This document shows positions 11,496 through 24,400 of a DNA stretch of 64,000 bases, piece after piece. The stretch's first letter is position 1, and each line of letters opens with the position of its first letter. A model generated the notes under the pieces. It was not told the origin of the DNA and made no database searches. It worked only from the letters and a program-made list of their open reading frames with translations. A program made the translations under genes and the position numbers. This DNA comes from Raillietiella orientalis (taxonomy: Eukaryota). The stretch lies in the NCBI GenBank assembly GCA_036172245.1, contig JAYWIR010000041.1:310001-374000 (forward strand), written 5' to 3'.

Positions 11496-12035
11496 CAGAA
11501 AACCTTGAACAGTGAGATGATGCCTATCATTTCTGATCGTTTATGATCAAAGAATTTTCTAAGTAATATTTTTCTTAGAAATCTGTATTTTGGTACTATC
11601 AGTTCATTAGTCATCGATGCAGACTGAAATTTATATTAAACTGATGAAGTTCAAGGCAAATCTGGCAAACTTTTAAATTTTGTTTTAGTTGCTTGTGCTT
11701 TAATTATCAATTGTAATAACATCCAATCCCCATCATTTTTTCGCGGATTTAATTTCATGCCATTGTTTTTTTAAGGGAACAAAATACAATGACTCCCCTG
11801 AACGGTTCATGCCTTCTCAGTTTCATAGATTGAATTTTTTACAATGATTCGGTGAGATAATGATCCGAAAATGTAGTTCATTTGCATACTGATTCGAGCA
11901 CAACCAAATCCAATTGTCTAGGGAATTCAACAAAACTAAGAGGGTATTGCGAAAAGTTCACAACTTTGCATTTTTGTAACTACAAAGCTCCATGAAGGTA
12001 CTCCTAAAAATTGAAAGTGTTTCCCTTAGTTCTGT

Positions 12036-12500
12036 CACTGGCAGCACGAACACTTGGTGCACGTGCCCGGTGCTGCGAGCCATAGTTGGGACAGAGTAGG
12101 TAAAATCTTATGAATGGAATGGCGGACAATTCATGAACACTCCGCCTCTCCATAGTTGTTTATGTTTACATGTGTTACATATTACGAAAGTCTGATACTT
12201 TCATGCAATTCGGGTGCACCAACAAAACTGAGAAAGTATGGGTGTAGCCCGTGAGTGATCCATGACATGAAGACAGCTCACAATCACATTGCGTTCTCAA
12301 CTAGTGGAACAGTTGCCGTTTTAAGGCTAACAGTTTTTAACAACAAGTCGGGCTGAGATTTTAGTCTGCGATCTTCCACGAGTCCATGCACTGGGACTTT
12401 GCATCTCATTGGCAATGCCATCCACTTGAAAGTGCTTGTTATTACCGTGTATTGTAATGTTTGTTTGAATGCCTCTGAATGTACTGTTTAGGTTTGACAA
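12036..12500 (-). mobile_element. Decayed ORF1 (gag-like, zinc-knuckle) fragment of an I/Jockey-group non-LTR retrotransposon
   Basis: Minus-strand frames with frameshifts give GLVEDRRLKSQPDLLLKTVSLK, a CMK-YQTF...CNTCKHK-like segment and LCPNYGSQHRARAP. These resemble the V-x-R...CFKCQxFGH...CxNCxGxHxA layout of LINE ORF1. Recognised by eye only. Confidence 0.4.
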
Positions 12501-15449
12501 AAATGTCGAAAGATGGGCAAGATTTTCGGAAATTCGGTGACCAGCTGCAGATGAAACAGTTAACAGAAGTGTCCGTGACAGCGTCGCTGTCGATTGGTGC
12601 TTAAGACATAGACTGCACAGTCCAAACAGATCTGCCGGGGTGCGAGTCTTAGCCGCATTCTGATGAGAGGCGTAAATTCCTGAGGAGGATCCTGAAGTCC
12701 GTGGATGCTGTTTATTTAATTCGTGTTTCTTGGCTGTGCCGCCTCAATAGTCTGTTTCTTCCCCAGATGCAATCCAGGTAACAGTAGTAATGGTAACAGT
12801 AGATGCAATCCAGATAGAGGTTCTGGATGATTTCAACGATAGAAAGCCACTGAAAAGCAACTGATGACAGAAAACGATAGAAAACCCAATTCAGAAAAGT
12901 TCAATGGGGTGTTTTCTCTCCGAGTGCAGGGCTAATTAATTCGAAGTCTGCTTCTTCCGTTTTCCTTGTCCTCCCCCCCGCAAAGAAACGAACAAAAAGA
13001 ATCCCACGGAAAATGAGTGGGATGGCTACGGTGGATTCAACACTGTCGTGACGTTACGAACGCGAAGAGTGGAAGAGATCTCATCCGCAGATGTGGTCGG
13101 TCGCTGCTGGTGGTGAAAAAATACAACGGAAAACTGACAAATCAGCGAATACTAACAGCAAGGCAGAAATGGTTCTTTCAATCAGCGGAACGACATCAAA
13201 CATCAACACTTACAAAGAGAAAACATGTGGTAGAAGAAAAAGTGTGAAGGTGGAGCAGCAGCAGATGACGGTGACGGTGGGAGGCGATGCAGACGAAGTG
13301 AAAAACAAATTCTCGTTGCCCAAACCTCAGATTTATGAAGGCGATGGGCGATCTTTTCACGTGAATGAGGGAAGATCCTAGTAGGTAGCAATAAAAACAC
13401 TATTAATGTGCTTCAGCACGGACAAAGTCGGTTACAAAAGAGAAATGGCTAACCAAAGCGGAAAAACACTCTGAATGAAACTGGAAGCAGCAACCTCTTT
13501 TTTTTTCTTCTTTTTTTTCATTCAGTAGGCCCGAAACAAGTTATGTTTAGCAAGAAAGCATTTTGATTGCAGGTTTACTCTTCGAGAGCTTTCTGATGCC
13601 CGTTATGTGCTCCATGAAAACGACGTACAGAAATCGAATGCGCAAGAGGAGGAGGAGAAAGGCGGCTGCACGCTACAGGATATAACCAAATTAAGTAAAA
13701 TTTGCTGGTCATCGTATACAAGGCCTACACGCCGTGACTGCATGAGTGCGTACAAAGCTTGGCACGATTCCACTGCAAGTACGGGTAGACTGAAAGTTTC
13801 CAACGCTTTTTGTGTATACGACACAATTCAACAAACTCGGTTTGATGATGGTGTTCAAGAAACGCATCCTGGATACTGAAATAGCCGCTAGAAATGAAAA
13901 AAGCAAAAAAAAAAAAAAAAACAGAAGCTATCATCAGCCGTTTTAAAAAAAAATTAGTTACCACAGTAATTAAAGCCGAACCATGAAATTTGTGGCCGAA
14001 AATCCATTTCCAACACTGTGAACAACATGGGGGAAATGAACATGTTCCACTATTTCTCCATGCATATATGTGTGTACACGTGGGTACAAATACGCCCCCC
14101 CCCCCCACACACACTAGTATACATAAATGCGCGTGCGTGCACTACTCCATATTCATATAAATGTGAAATATGTATAAGTCCCTCACAAGTGCCACACTAT
14201 TACCATGGGCAGATAAGTACTGATTCTGTGACTTTACCTCGAGAATGAAAAACCTGAGCGCTCAACTTTCATAAGAAAAACTTCGATGGGAGTTCCTATT
14301 CGTACGAAGATGAGGGTCCTAGTAAGGAGCAATGCTCAAAAAAAACCGTCCTTAAAATCTCAACCATCTGCCCAAACTCCGTGTAATATTCTAAACACTA
14401 TCGGACGGTTTCCAAAAAGTTTGTTGCCAAAGGACTGTCGCAGGCAGGCAAAGCTTTCGTCCATAAACGCAATATCCTCATTCTGGGAATGTGCAAATTC
14501 ATTAGGCATCGAGTTGCTATTCTCTGCTGAATTCTCTGGAACAAAATCAAGCAATGAAGAATACTGGTGAACAACAGACACGGTATTTTTTTTGCTAGCA
14601 TTGCACTGGAAGCCGATAATCATCACCCGTTATCTTGTTTGCAATTTTTTGTTTTTTTTTTTTTAATTATTTAGCATTTGGTATCCTCAGCTTACTGATG
14701 CTCATCTCTCATTGAAAACAAAGGAACATGAATTCAATACAAGAGAGAATACAAAAGTAATTCAGCCCGTGTTGATCTGACTCTCCGGGAATCGGGAATG
14801 CCATCGGAATCCAGAAACACTTCAAATTGGGGGGAAACCGGTTCCCGTCCCGAGTGGCTGCATGGACTCGCTTGATGCGGCGAGACCCCACACAAAGCTC
14901 CAGAAGACACAGAAATTAAGAACACACAAATGGACGAAAGCGTTGAGCACAGGAGAAAGCGGTGATGGCGAGTAATGCAAACCACGCCTTGCCAAATCCT
15001 TTTTATTCTAGTTACGAAGATGGGCCCAACAAACGGGGCAAATGTAGAGAAAAGCCATCGCGATTCGAATGCTTAAACAACAGAAGAGCACAAGTAAAAA
15101 AGTAAACTGAGCTACATTGAATGCACCTCCGAAATATACACTTCTTGAATGAAACAAGGAGAAAGCGTGTAAGCACAAACTTTACTCTACTTCTTCAAAC
15201 ATCACGATTAAAAAAACAAAACAAAAACAAAAACCCACGATAAACAATATAAGCCTTTCCCATTAAAAGAAATCCAACTGCCAATTTAAAATATATAATT
15301 ACACATAAATAAATTAAGCGTATAATGGCATAACATACATGGGTTTCTGTAACAATGCAACTAGTAACTAAAGAACAATACCTATTCACAAACTTGCTGC
15401 CCCTTTCACATGAAAAGCAATTTGCAGGATACCCACCATGGTTTGTTTA

Positions 15450-18400
15450 TTACTCCATCTCTAAAGATGAAACGTTGTTCTCCAGAATATCAGTGTCCTG
15501 CAATCCAAGTTCCAAAATTACCGCCAGGGGCTGAACTAATTCTAACATATCACTATTTGTACTAGTCTTGGGATCTGAACTATCAAGAATGGAATTCGCT
15601 GTTTCTGAAGGTATACTAGCTATGCTAAAAATGCTATTATCCATATCATCCTCTATACTCGAGGGAGGCTTCACATGGTCCAAATTTGAAGTACTGGATG
15701 TGAGACTATCAAGTGATCCAAACTGTGAAGGAGCAGATGAATTTGCTAAAGGTCCAATTAAGGCCTTCCGCACACATTCAGGAACTTGCCTATTCAGAAA
15801 TCTTGCAACACTTCCTTTACCGTTCTCCTGAACACTGAGTACTTTGCGATATTCTAACTCTTCTGATGATGGAAGTTTTGCTTCTACTGATGCTTGATAT
15901 CTTCGTTGATCTGGTTTTGAAGTAACAACGCATGCAGAATCAGCTACAGCTGGAGAATCTTTTTGCATTGGAGCTACACGGGCTACTTCTTTTTTTTTGG
16001 AGGTTAAATTGGCTTCTGCCTTACTTGTGGAACCTAATGGAGGTCGCGTACTTTCTAAACGGATCGGTATACGAGTTGCTCGTCGAGTTCTTTTACTCTT
16101 TGGCATTCCTGAACTGATCACCTGATCTAGGAGAGCTTGCTCTTGGGCAGTTACTGATTGATTCTCCACATTTTCTGCTACAATACGATCTGATAGATTG
16201 CTGGGACTATGACTGCTGTGTCCTACTGGGCTGCATGTGAGATCACTGAGAGATGTACCATTGGAAATAAATATTGGAGTACCCTCCGTAGCATAATTAC
16301 ACACACGATCTTCAACATGATCATCAAGCTGATTAAGTCTACTAAGCATTCTCTGTGAGCACTTAGCTTTCGGAAACGGCACTGGGTGAAGCAAATGTTT
16401 CTTTGGTAAAGCAGACTGAATACACAACTCAAGCATCTCTTGTTCTTCTTCTCCAACAGGACTACCTTCCAGGACTGGTGAAGAATGATGACTAAATGAT
16501 GTCAAGGCTACTGGTGTGCCTTCAGTACAATAACGTTTGAGGGTATCATCTGAATCTCCTGGGACCACATGCAACTTATCATTGGGACGATCAACCTGCA
16601 CTGCAACTGATGTTTGCTTGGTATGATGTACCCGAGAATTTTTCAATGAAGCATTACAGTGTGATGGCAATTTTGAGCTTGTTTGTGGTCTGTGAGTAAA
16701 ATATACTTTGAGAACTCCAAAACGTTTTCTAACCTGGGAAACGCGGATGCAATACAACGAGCAAGAAGCTTATCATCCTCTTGTTCATCAACTTGCATTT
16801 TCCATTGCTTATTTTTCTTTGTACAGTCGGATTTACTTTTTTGTAAGCCTGATTTGTGCTGACAGTGTTCAATGATTTCTGCATCAAGAACCCCTTGATG
16901 CAGCTTGTTCACATTACTACAACTAAGAGCTGCATCTGTAGAATCTTCAAAGCACTTTGTGGTTTCAGTTAACATGCAAGGATATGAATGACATCCATCA
17001 ACTGAGAGGTGGTCAGATTCAGTTTCTTGTATAGAAACTTCTGATAAATTTATGATGAGATTTTTGTGTCACATAAGCTCACCTGATGAATGTCCTGGAA
17101 TTTTAACTGCATGTGAAACTACTTGAAATGAAGAGTCTGGCACCTCCAAAGGGGATGTGAAACCACTAGTCACATAGCTACAAACAATAATGAACTTCAA
17201 GTAACAACGGGTTACCTAATGTCACTTTGGATAGTACCGTGATCATCATGAATAGACTGCTGTTCGAAACTACTTAAAGATCCAAGGGAGCTACATCGAG
17301 AGAACATTAAAGGAGTGTCCTGCACACTGGTTTCCTCTCCATGAGAATCAAAATCTCCTTCTAATGTGATTACATTAAATGACATAGCCAGATGAAACTT
17401 ACTCATCATAAACAAACCTGGTTTGGTTTCATTAATTGAAACCCTCAATTCCTTTTTATTGATCTTATTTGTGGTATCAACCCATGTACATTCAGCTGAT
17501 TCAACAATAGTAGGCTGATTATCAAGAGATGTCTCATTTGGATCACTTAATGTTAAGTCCTGAAGAGAAGCAGTTACAGAGAAATTACATGGAGTGTATC
17601 CATGTGGAGTCCCTTCAGTAAAATAGGTTTTCACTGTGTCTTCGGTAACAACGGAATGAATAGTAGGTGGTGCATTAATTAATGGAAAACTATTTTTGCT
17701 TTGTTCATCTGGAATCTCATGATAAATCTGGCTGTAATCAACTACATGATCCGGATTATCTAAATCGGTCTCTGAAAATGTGCTATAAACTAATTCATCT
17801 TTCTCAGAAATCAAATTAAGGGAAGGCACTAGCTGTTTCATTGTAATAACTTTATATTTATTTATGGGAGTAGAAAATGGAGAAAGTTTAGCAGACTCAT
17901 TGCCATCTGCAGGAGGAGCTGAGCCTTGCTTTCCTAAAGACTGTGCTTCCCAGTTTCTTTCATTAATTTGTGTGAGCACGCCACTTTTTAAGTAACTGTT
18001 ATGAAGCTGACTTATTTTTACTGCCATTGCTTGAGAATCAAAAGGCTTCACAGGTATATCATGTTGATGTGCAAATGACAGTAAAACATTAGTTGATGCT
18101 TTATCTGCGGAACAATCAATATGGCAATGATTTTCAAGGAGATCGATGTTATTCTCATATATTTTATCTGATGAGATTTCTAAACGTTTTTCACTTTCAT
18201 ACTCTTTGTTGCTAGCTTCCAATTGGCACGAATGTGTATTGCACTGAACTGGTTGTGAACCAGAATACTCTTTGTGAAGTGTTTCTGTTGATCCAACGTT
18301 CTCAGGATTTAAATCGCATTTGCAAGAACATGCATTAATATCCTCACAGCTTTCTTTAGCATTTTCAGGGACTTGCAAAGCCGATGGTTTTCTGTTGTGA

Positions 18401-21400
18401 CCAGATAGATTTCTAAATGATGAAGCTTCATTATTTTCTTCATGTGGAAAAGCAGCAAGAAGATTTTTCAATGCTGCAGTTGATCCCATGCATATCATTT
18501 TATGTTTTGAATTGATCAAGGATCTCAACATAGGAACAGCTCCAAGCTCCCATAGAGAAAGTTGGTCTTTGTGTGATCGTGCTGACAAATTCCATAATGT
18601 TCCACATGCATTGCTTACTACAGTAAGGCTTGGGGATTGCAAATGCTTCAGCAATATGCTTAAACATTGATGACTGCGTAATATCTGCCTACAGCATTCA
18701 CGAATTTAAAACAATGCATTAAATTTCATTTTACCTATAATCTTCTCTTATGGCAATGTGACTTGATATATTTCTTAATATTCCACCGGCATTTTCTATT
18801 ATGGTAAGAGTATTGCAATCCGAATCATACGAGAGAAGTTTAACCAAAAAGGATAAAGCTTTATCAACTGAACAAATCTCCGCCTGCAATTAGAAAAAAA
18901 AATTCAACATTAGTATACCAAATGGTTTAAAGAAATTCAAAAGAACAAAACAGTTCTAAGAAGCACTGATGTTCAACAAAAAACAAACTATAAAACATAA
19001 TCAGTGTGTATGACCAACGGATATAAAATTCAACAAAGTAAAAACACGCAAATCTTGTTTGGATCGATAGTGTCGTATCTTAAATATCTCAATGCGTTCA
19101 ATAAATACTAAAAATAATAAACCAAATGACCACAACATTAAATATTCCATATGGGATAGCAAAAAACTATATTGCTACCCAAACAAATACGACAGAAACT
19201 TAAAGAACAATTTCAAGTTAACTGCCTAAATCAGTATTGAGCAGAACACTGATTTAGCTAAAGAAGAAAGAAATTTAAGTCAAAATAAAGGAGTACAAAA
19301 AAAGCAGAGCAAAATATCATCTAGGAGAGTATCATTTCAATCATCCAAAAACACATTTTCCAAACCAATGCGATTTAAATAGTTCAATCAGTCTGACTGT
19401 GTGACTACATATAATAGTCTATGAGATTAATTAATCCGTAAAAATTTATGGATGTACTTTTTTTCTAACCGAAAAAAAGATCTCTATTTGTTATTTCTGA
19501 AAAAACAAAATAAAATCACAATGAAATCACCGAAATTTCTCGCTGCAGTTCACATTCGTTGTTCCTCTAAAATTAAGAATCCACTTTCTTATGTTCCTCT
19601 CATATGTCTGAAGTGTGATGCCGTCTATTTACATTTGAAAATTAATGCAGGAAACATTTCAACAATTCTGTCGGCAAATTTATGCATCCTTTGCGAGTTA
19701 CAAAAGGTACTTCCGAGGGGAGAAATCCCCGCCTTGTCAAACTCACTCCAACTATCAACTTGTGTTCTGAACACTCCATGATAACGGTGAAAAGTCACAC
19801 ATCGTTCCTTCTCCCTGAAATACTATTTCCTCCTGGCTTGATCGATGCCATTCAGTCATCTTCCTGTTTGCATCGTCCAACAGAAACTCTACTTTTTCTG
19901 TTGAACGAGTTCCAGAGTCCAAACTCATCCCCATACAAGTTCTGCCTTGTGCCTGCGCCAACTTGTCTATTTCGTCATTACCTCCGAAGTGAATAAAATA
20001 TATCACCTCACCAGTATTAATTTTAACATTAATACTCATGTTCCAATTGAAATCTTGATAATACATATTAGTAAATAATTACTTTTCACGATGACGTCGT
20101 TAAAAAACATATACACAATCTTTTCGATGACGGATTTTAGCCAAGATACAAATTTCCTTTCATAATTAATTAAACTGTATGCTCTGTTTGCGTTTACTCC
20201 TTAAATTCAGGTTTGAAAAAATTCGAAAAAGAAACATTTCGAAGACATTCGAAAGAACTTTTCTTGGATGCTTTTTGAATACTGAGCTATCCGGAAGTGA
20301 ATTAGGAAGGGCAATCAAGTCCTCTTATTCCTTTTTATTTTTTTTAACTGCATAGCTGTGGAAGACTTCCATCCATGTGTTTGTAAGCTTGCCACACACT
20401 TCATATTGTTCAGTGTCAATGTGGTATTGAGGGGCACTGTCTATACACATGACATTCAATACATAGGAATGATACCGAAATGTTAACCGGACATTTTAAA
20501 ATGTAATAACCGAAAAGAAAACAGAAATGAAGACAAAGATTGTAAAATATGTTACACTGAATAAAATACTGGTTTTGGATGTGAAAGAAAAAAGATACCA
20601 AAGGCTAGTGACTCTGAATGCAAGTCAATATCAAATACCGAAACCACCTAACAGTGATTGACTAGATGTACAGCTCCATCCAGAGTACAAGAAAACTGAT
20701 GCATGTGGATAATAAACACTAGGAAACTTCAACTCGAGTCTCAAAAGTTTGTGCTGCCCAACTGCTTAAATGTAACTGGGGAGACTGCATGGGCTTTACA
20801 TAATAAACACCTAAAATTGGCAAGTCAAACAAGAAATAAGAAGCAGAAAATAAATCTGTATGGTAATTCAAAACTATTTTGAGAGAGAGGATTTAAAACC
20901 GGAACTAATTCACAAATGCCTGTTTGGCAACACACTGGTTTATGAGCATTGGCTTCAGGCTGATTCATGCAGCAATTAAAGAAACTCTCAGTGTTCAAAA
21001 AGAATTCTCTGCAACCTTGAACAGTGTTGCAAAGAATTCCTTTGGGTTGCTCTCACTTCGTGCATTGGTTAGCACCAAGTTGCACCGATAAAATCAAGAG
21101 ACAACGATGAAGACTTCAATGAATTAAGTCTTGAAGTCTCTTCCAATTATTTTATGAAAGAAGGCCTTAGATAGGTAACCGAGGCTTGAAAAGGCAATGA
21201 AACAAACAACTAATCTCAAAAGTTGAAAGTATTCAGAAATGGGACCACCACATATACCAGAAAAGCAATGCTTTTTTCCTCATACTCAAACCTAACCAAC
21301 AGAAAACACGCTAAAAAGATAAAATGCTTGTAATCAATTTGTCACCAAATCTGATCCTCATTCATTGAACAAATCCAATGGAAATCTAGAGTTTGAAAGT

Positions 21401-24400
21401 TTGCATGCAGCAAAGAATCAATTTGCTTAAGAAATTAAAAATTAAGAAAAATTAAAATTTGAGGGCAAAAATTCTCATAAATCGTGACCAGAGCTGCCAC
21501 AGAGACTTATGAACCTAGCATGAAATCTAAAGGACTCTGGAAACATTCCAAAGCAACATTAGGGAAACACTTCAATGGAAATGAGCAAAGCAAACAAGTT
21601 GTTGGAAAATTTGTAGAATGGTTAATGGAGATATGGTAAAGCATGGAAGAGTGTGAGATGTGACTGAAAGGAACGGAAAAAGATCTGCAAGTGCAAGTGC
21701 GAGTGAGAGTGCTTTACCATTATAAAAGCAAAATGCCCATTGGGCAATTAACAAAGAATCACAAAAAGAAGTTGCTAAAATGAAGTTGACCTATGACTAC
21801 ATTTACAATTACATTGAAATAGCTCTCAAAGGTGTAATTTGCTCAATAGCTTAAAACAAAAGAATTAATTTAATCTCACGCACTAAAAAATATTAGAAGG
21901 GCAGAGGACTCCACACAGATGACCTCATCATAATTATCTACCTTTACATCTAATTTCAGCACTTCATGCAAAAATTAATTGTTCCACTGGAAAGTTACGA
22001 TTGTAGCTTACCTTCTTCTCTAACAATCTTAGAAACATTCTTAGAATCTGTATTGGGAACAAAAATATGAGTATTCGAATTCTTAACTCACATCAACTTT
22101 ACAAATAAAAATGAAAAAAAATGCATACAAGTCTATTAACCTGGAGGAAATGTGATTTTAAATACAGATACATCTAGCACAGTATGAGACTCTTACACAA
22201 AAACTGCAAAGAAAATTACCTACGCAATTTAATTAACTGTTAACTCATGTATCGTAGATTCTAGCTTTTACAAAACTTTTGAGAAACAACCTTTTGATAT
22301 CTTTAAGTTTCAGTGTGGCATCAAATACTGACTTCTTCAAAATATGCTAGTATGCAATCAATTTTATTGGAAATTTGAATACATGATGAGATTGAAAACT
22401 TGATCAAATGCTTCAATCAAACATTAGCAATATGTTTTCTTAAAAAATACACAAAAACTTAATCTGATTATCAATTACAATGAAGGTTTAGCATATGTGA
22501 CTTACTTTATTACTACTACAATGTGCTGATAAATTCCAAAGAGCAGATAAAGTAGCCTTTAATGTAGATTCTTTTTTTGCTTCCATAGCTGCTCTCATCA
22601 ATGATTTAATAACTCCTATTTCTTGTAAAACTTTTTTACTGGTATGATCAGCTCTCCATGATAAATTGCGCAATACACTTGCAGCCACTTGTCTCAAGTC
22701 TTCATTTGAGCAATTTAATTGCGACATGAGTATTTGCATAAAACTACTAAAGGAACAAAGAAGAGTTTTGTTGACACTATCTCCAAAAGTCAAATTTGTT
22801 AAAGCCATACAGGCATATCGCCTTAATGCAAGACACTCTTCTCTAGGATTATCTTGTGAGTGACATAAATGATCCATTTGAATGAGTTCAACAATGGCTT
22901 GAAGAGTACCAAGTTCACACATAGCCTGCCGATGACCTTCATCAAATGATAATTTCATGATTACTGCACTTTCTTCTATTGGATGCTGCTGTTCATCTTT
23001 ATCTTTGGATTGTCGATGTTTCTGCAAATGTTCACTATATGCTCTAAACTGTTCTAATAAACGCAGCACACGTGCTTCTCTTTTGCCACGACGGTCCGAA
23101 ATATGAGAAAAAACTATATTATGCAAAGCATGGGAACTATGATAACGCACAGTTTCTGAGATATCTGTAAATGGCTCATTAGTCTGGTTACCATGGATTA
23201 ATTCAATCAAAAGTGGTATGCTTCCTATAAAAAGATCATATTAGCAAACTTTACACAACAGGAATGTAGCAAATAATTTGAATTTCATCATTACATATTT
23301 AAAAGAAATATATTATACAACAACAAAATGATAAAAAATAATAAGCTTGTGAATTTTTAGGTTGAAATGTACATCCATGGCAAATAATTACTTTAAAATT
23401 AATGACAACTAAAATCATGCAGTTGGAGGGACTAACATAATATATATTTATAAATGATTTAATATTATTTCCTATATAAATACTCTTTTCAAAGTAGATA
23501 CTACAAACAATTCCTTAAAAATTATTACTTTCATTATTACTGGGATTGTAAGGATTCATTTGCAAGATTAATAAATATGAGTATGTTACATGAATATTCA
23601 TATACTGGTTTATGTTTGGGATTCACTTGGATATACATAATGGGTGTGAAATGTCACTCTTCAGTCTACATATAGCATAGTTTTTTGAAAGATAATATTT
23701 CCCATGAAGGAAAATTTTTTCGGCTCTTGCTGTTCTTTTCATCTCTAATTGAACTTGAACTCTTAAATAACTCTTAAATTTCTTGATTAAAGTTAAGAAT
23801 AGTTGGAAAACAAATTTATATGAGATAGAACTTAAATCAAATCTATCCAATACAAAAATTTCAGGAACAAATTAAATCTAATTGCACAAATGTTCAAAGT
23901 ATTTAAATAGAAAGATATGCTATTATCATCATGAAGAAATGTAAGAGAAATCGATGGATATTCATATTTTTACTTAATTCTTTTGAGAATCGCCAATCTT
24001 GATTCCACTAAATGACATTACGTTCTTTAGCTTTAATGCATATACCTAAGGTGTTCACATCCACTTTATTTCAATCAATACCTCTTGTATGTCACAATAT
24101 TTTTATACCTAAATTTATATGATTGCATCCACTTTCACTAGTAATGTGGGGTTCCGTTTTAAAACCAATCCATAATATGTTTACATTACATTTACATTAA
24201 AAGAATTACATTAAAAAAATTACTTTTGGTATTTTCCATGATATAGATTTTATTTTGCTTCCTTACTACAAAATAATATTTATGTGAATATAAAGTTTGT
24301 TAAATCTATAGTATACATAAAGGGATTAAACAGAATGAAAAAAATACAAAAATTTTGCCAATCAAACATCTTTGATATGCAAAATTTGAGGCATAGAAAC

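Noticed and set aside
12660..12700. CTGATGAG possible hammerhead core
   Set aside because: No correctly placed GAAA and no stems.
15568..15831. Antisense ORFs over APC exons (also 22666-22863, 18488-18670)
   Set aside because: Shadow ORFs of the real minus-strand coding sequence.
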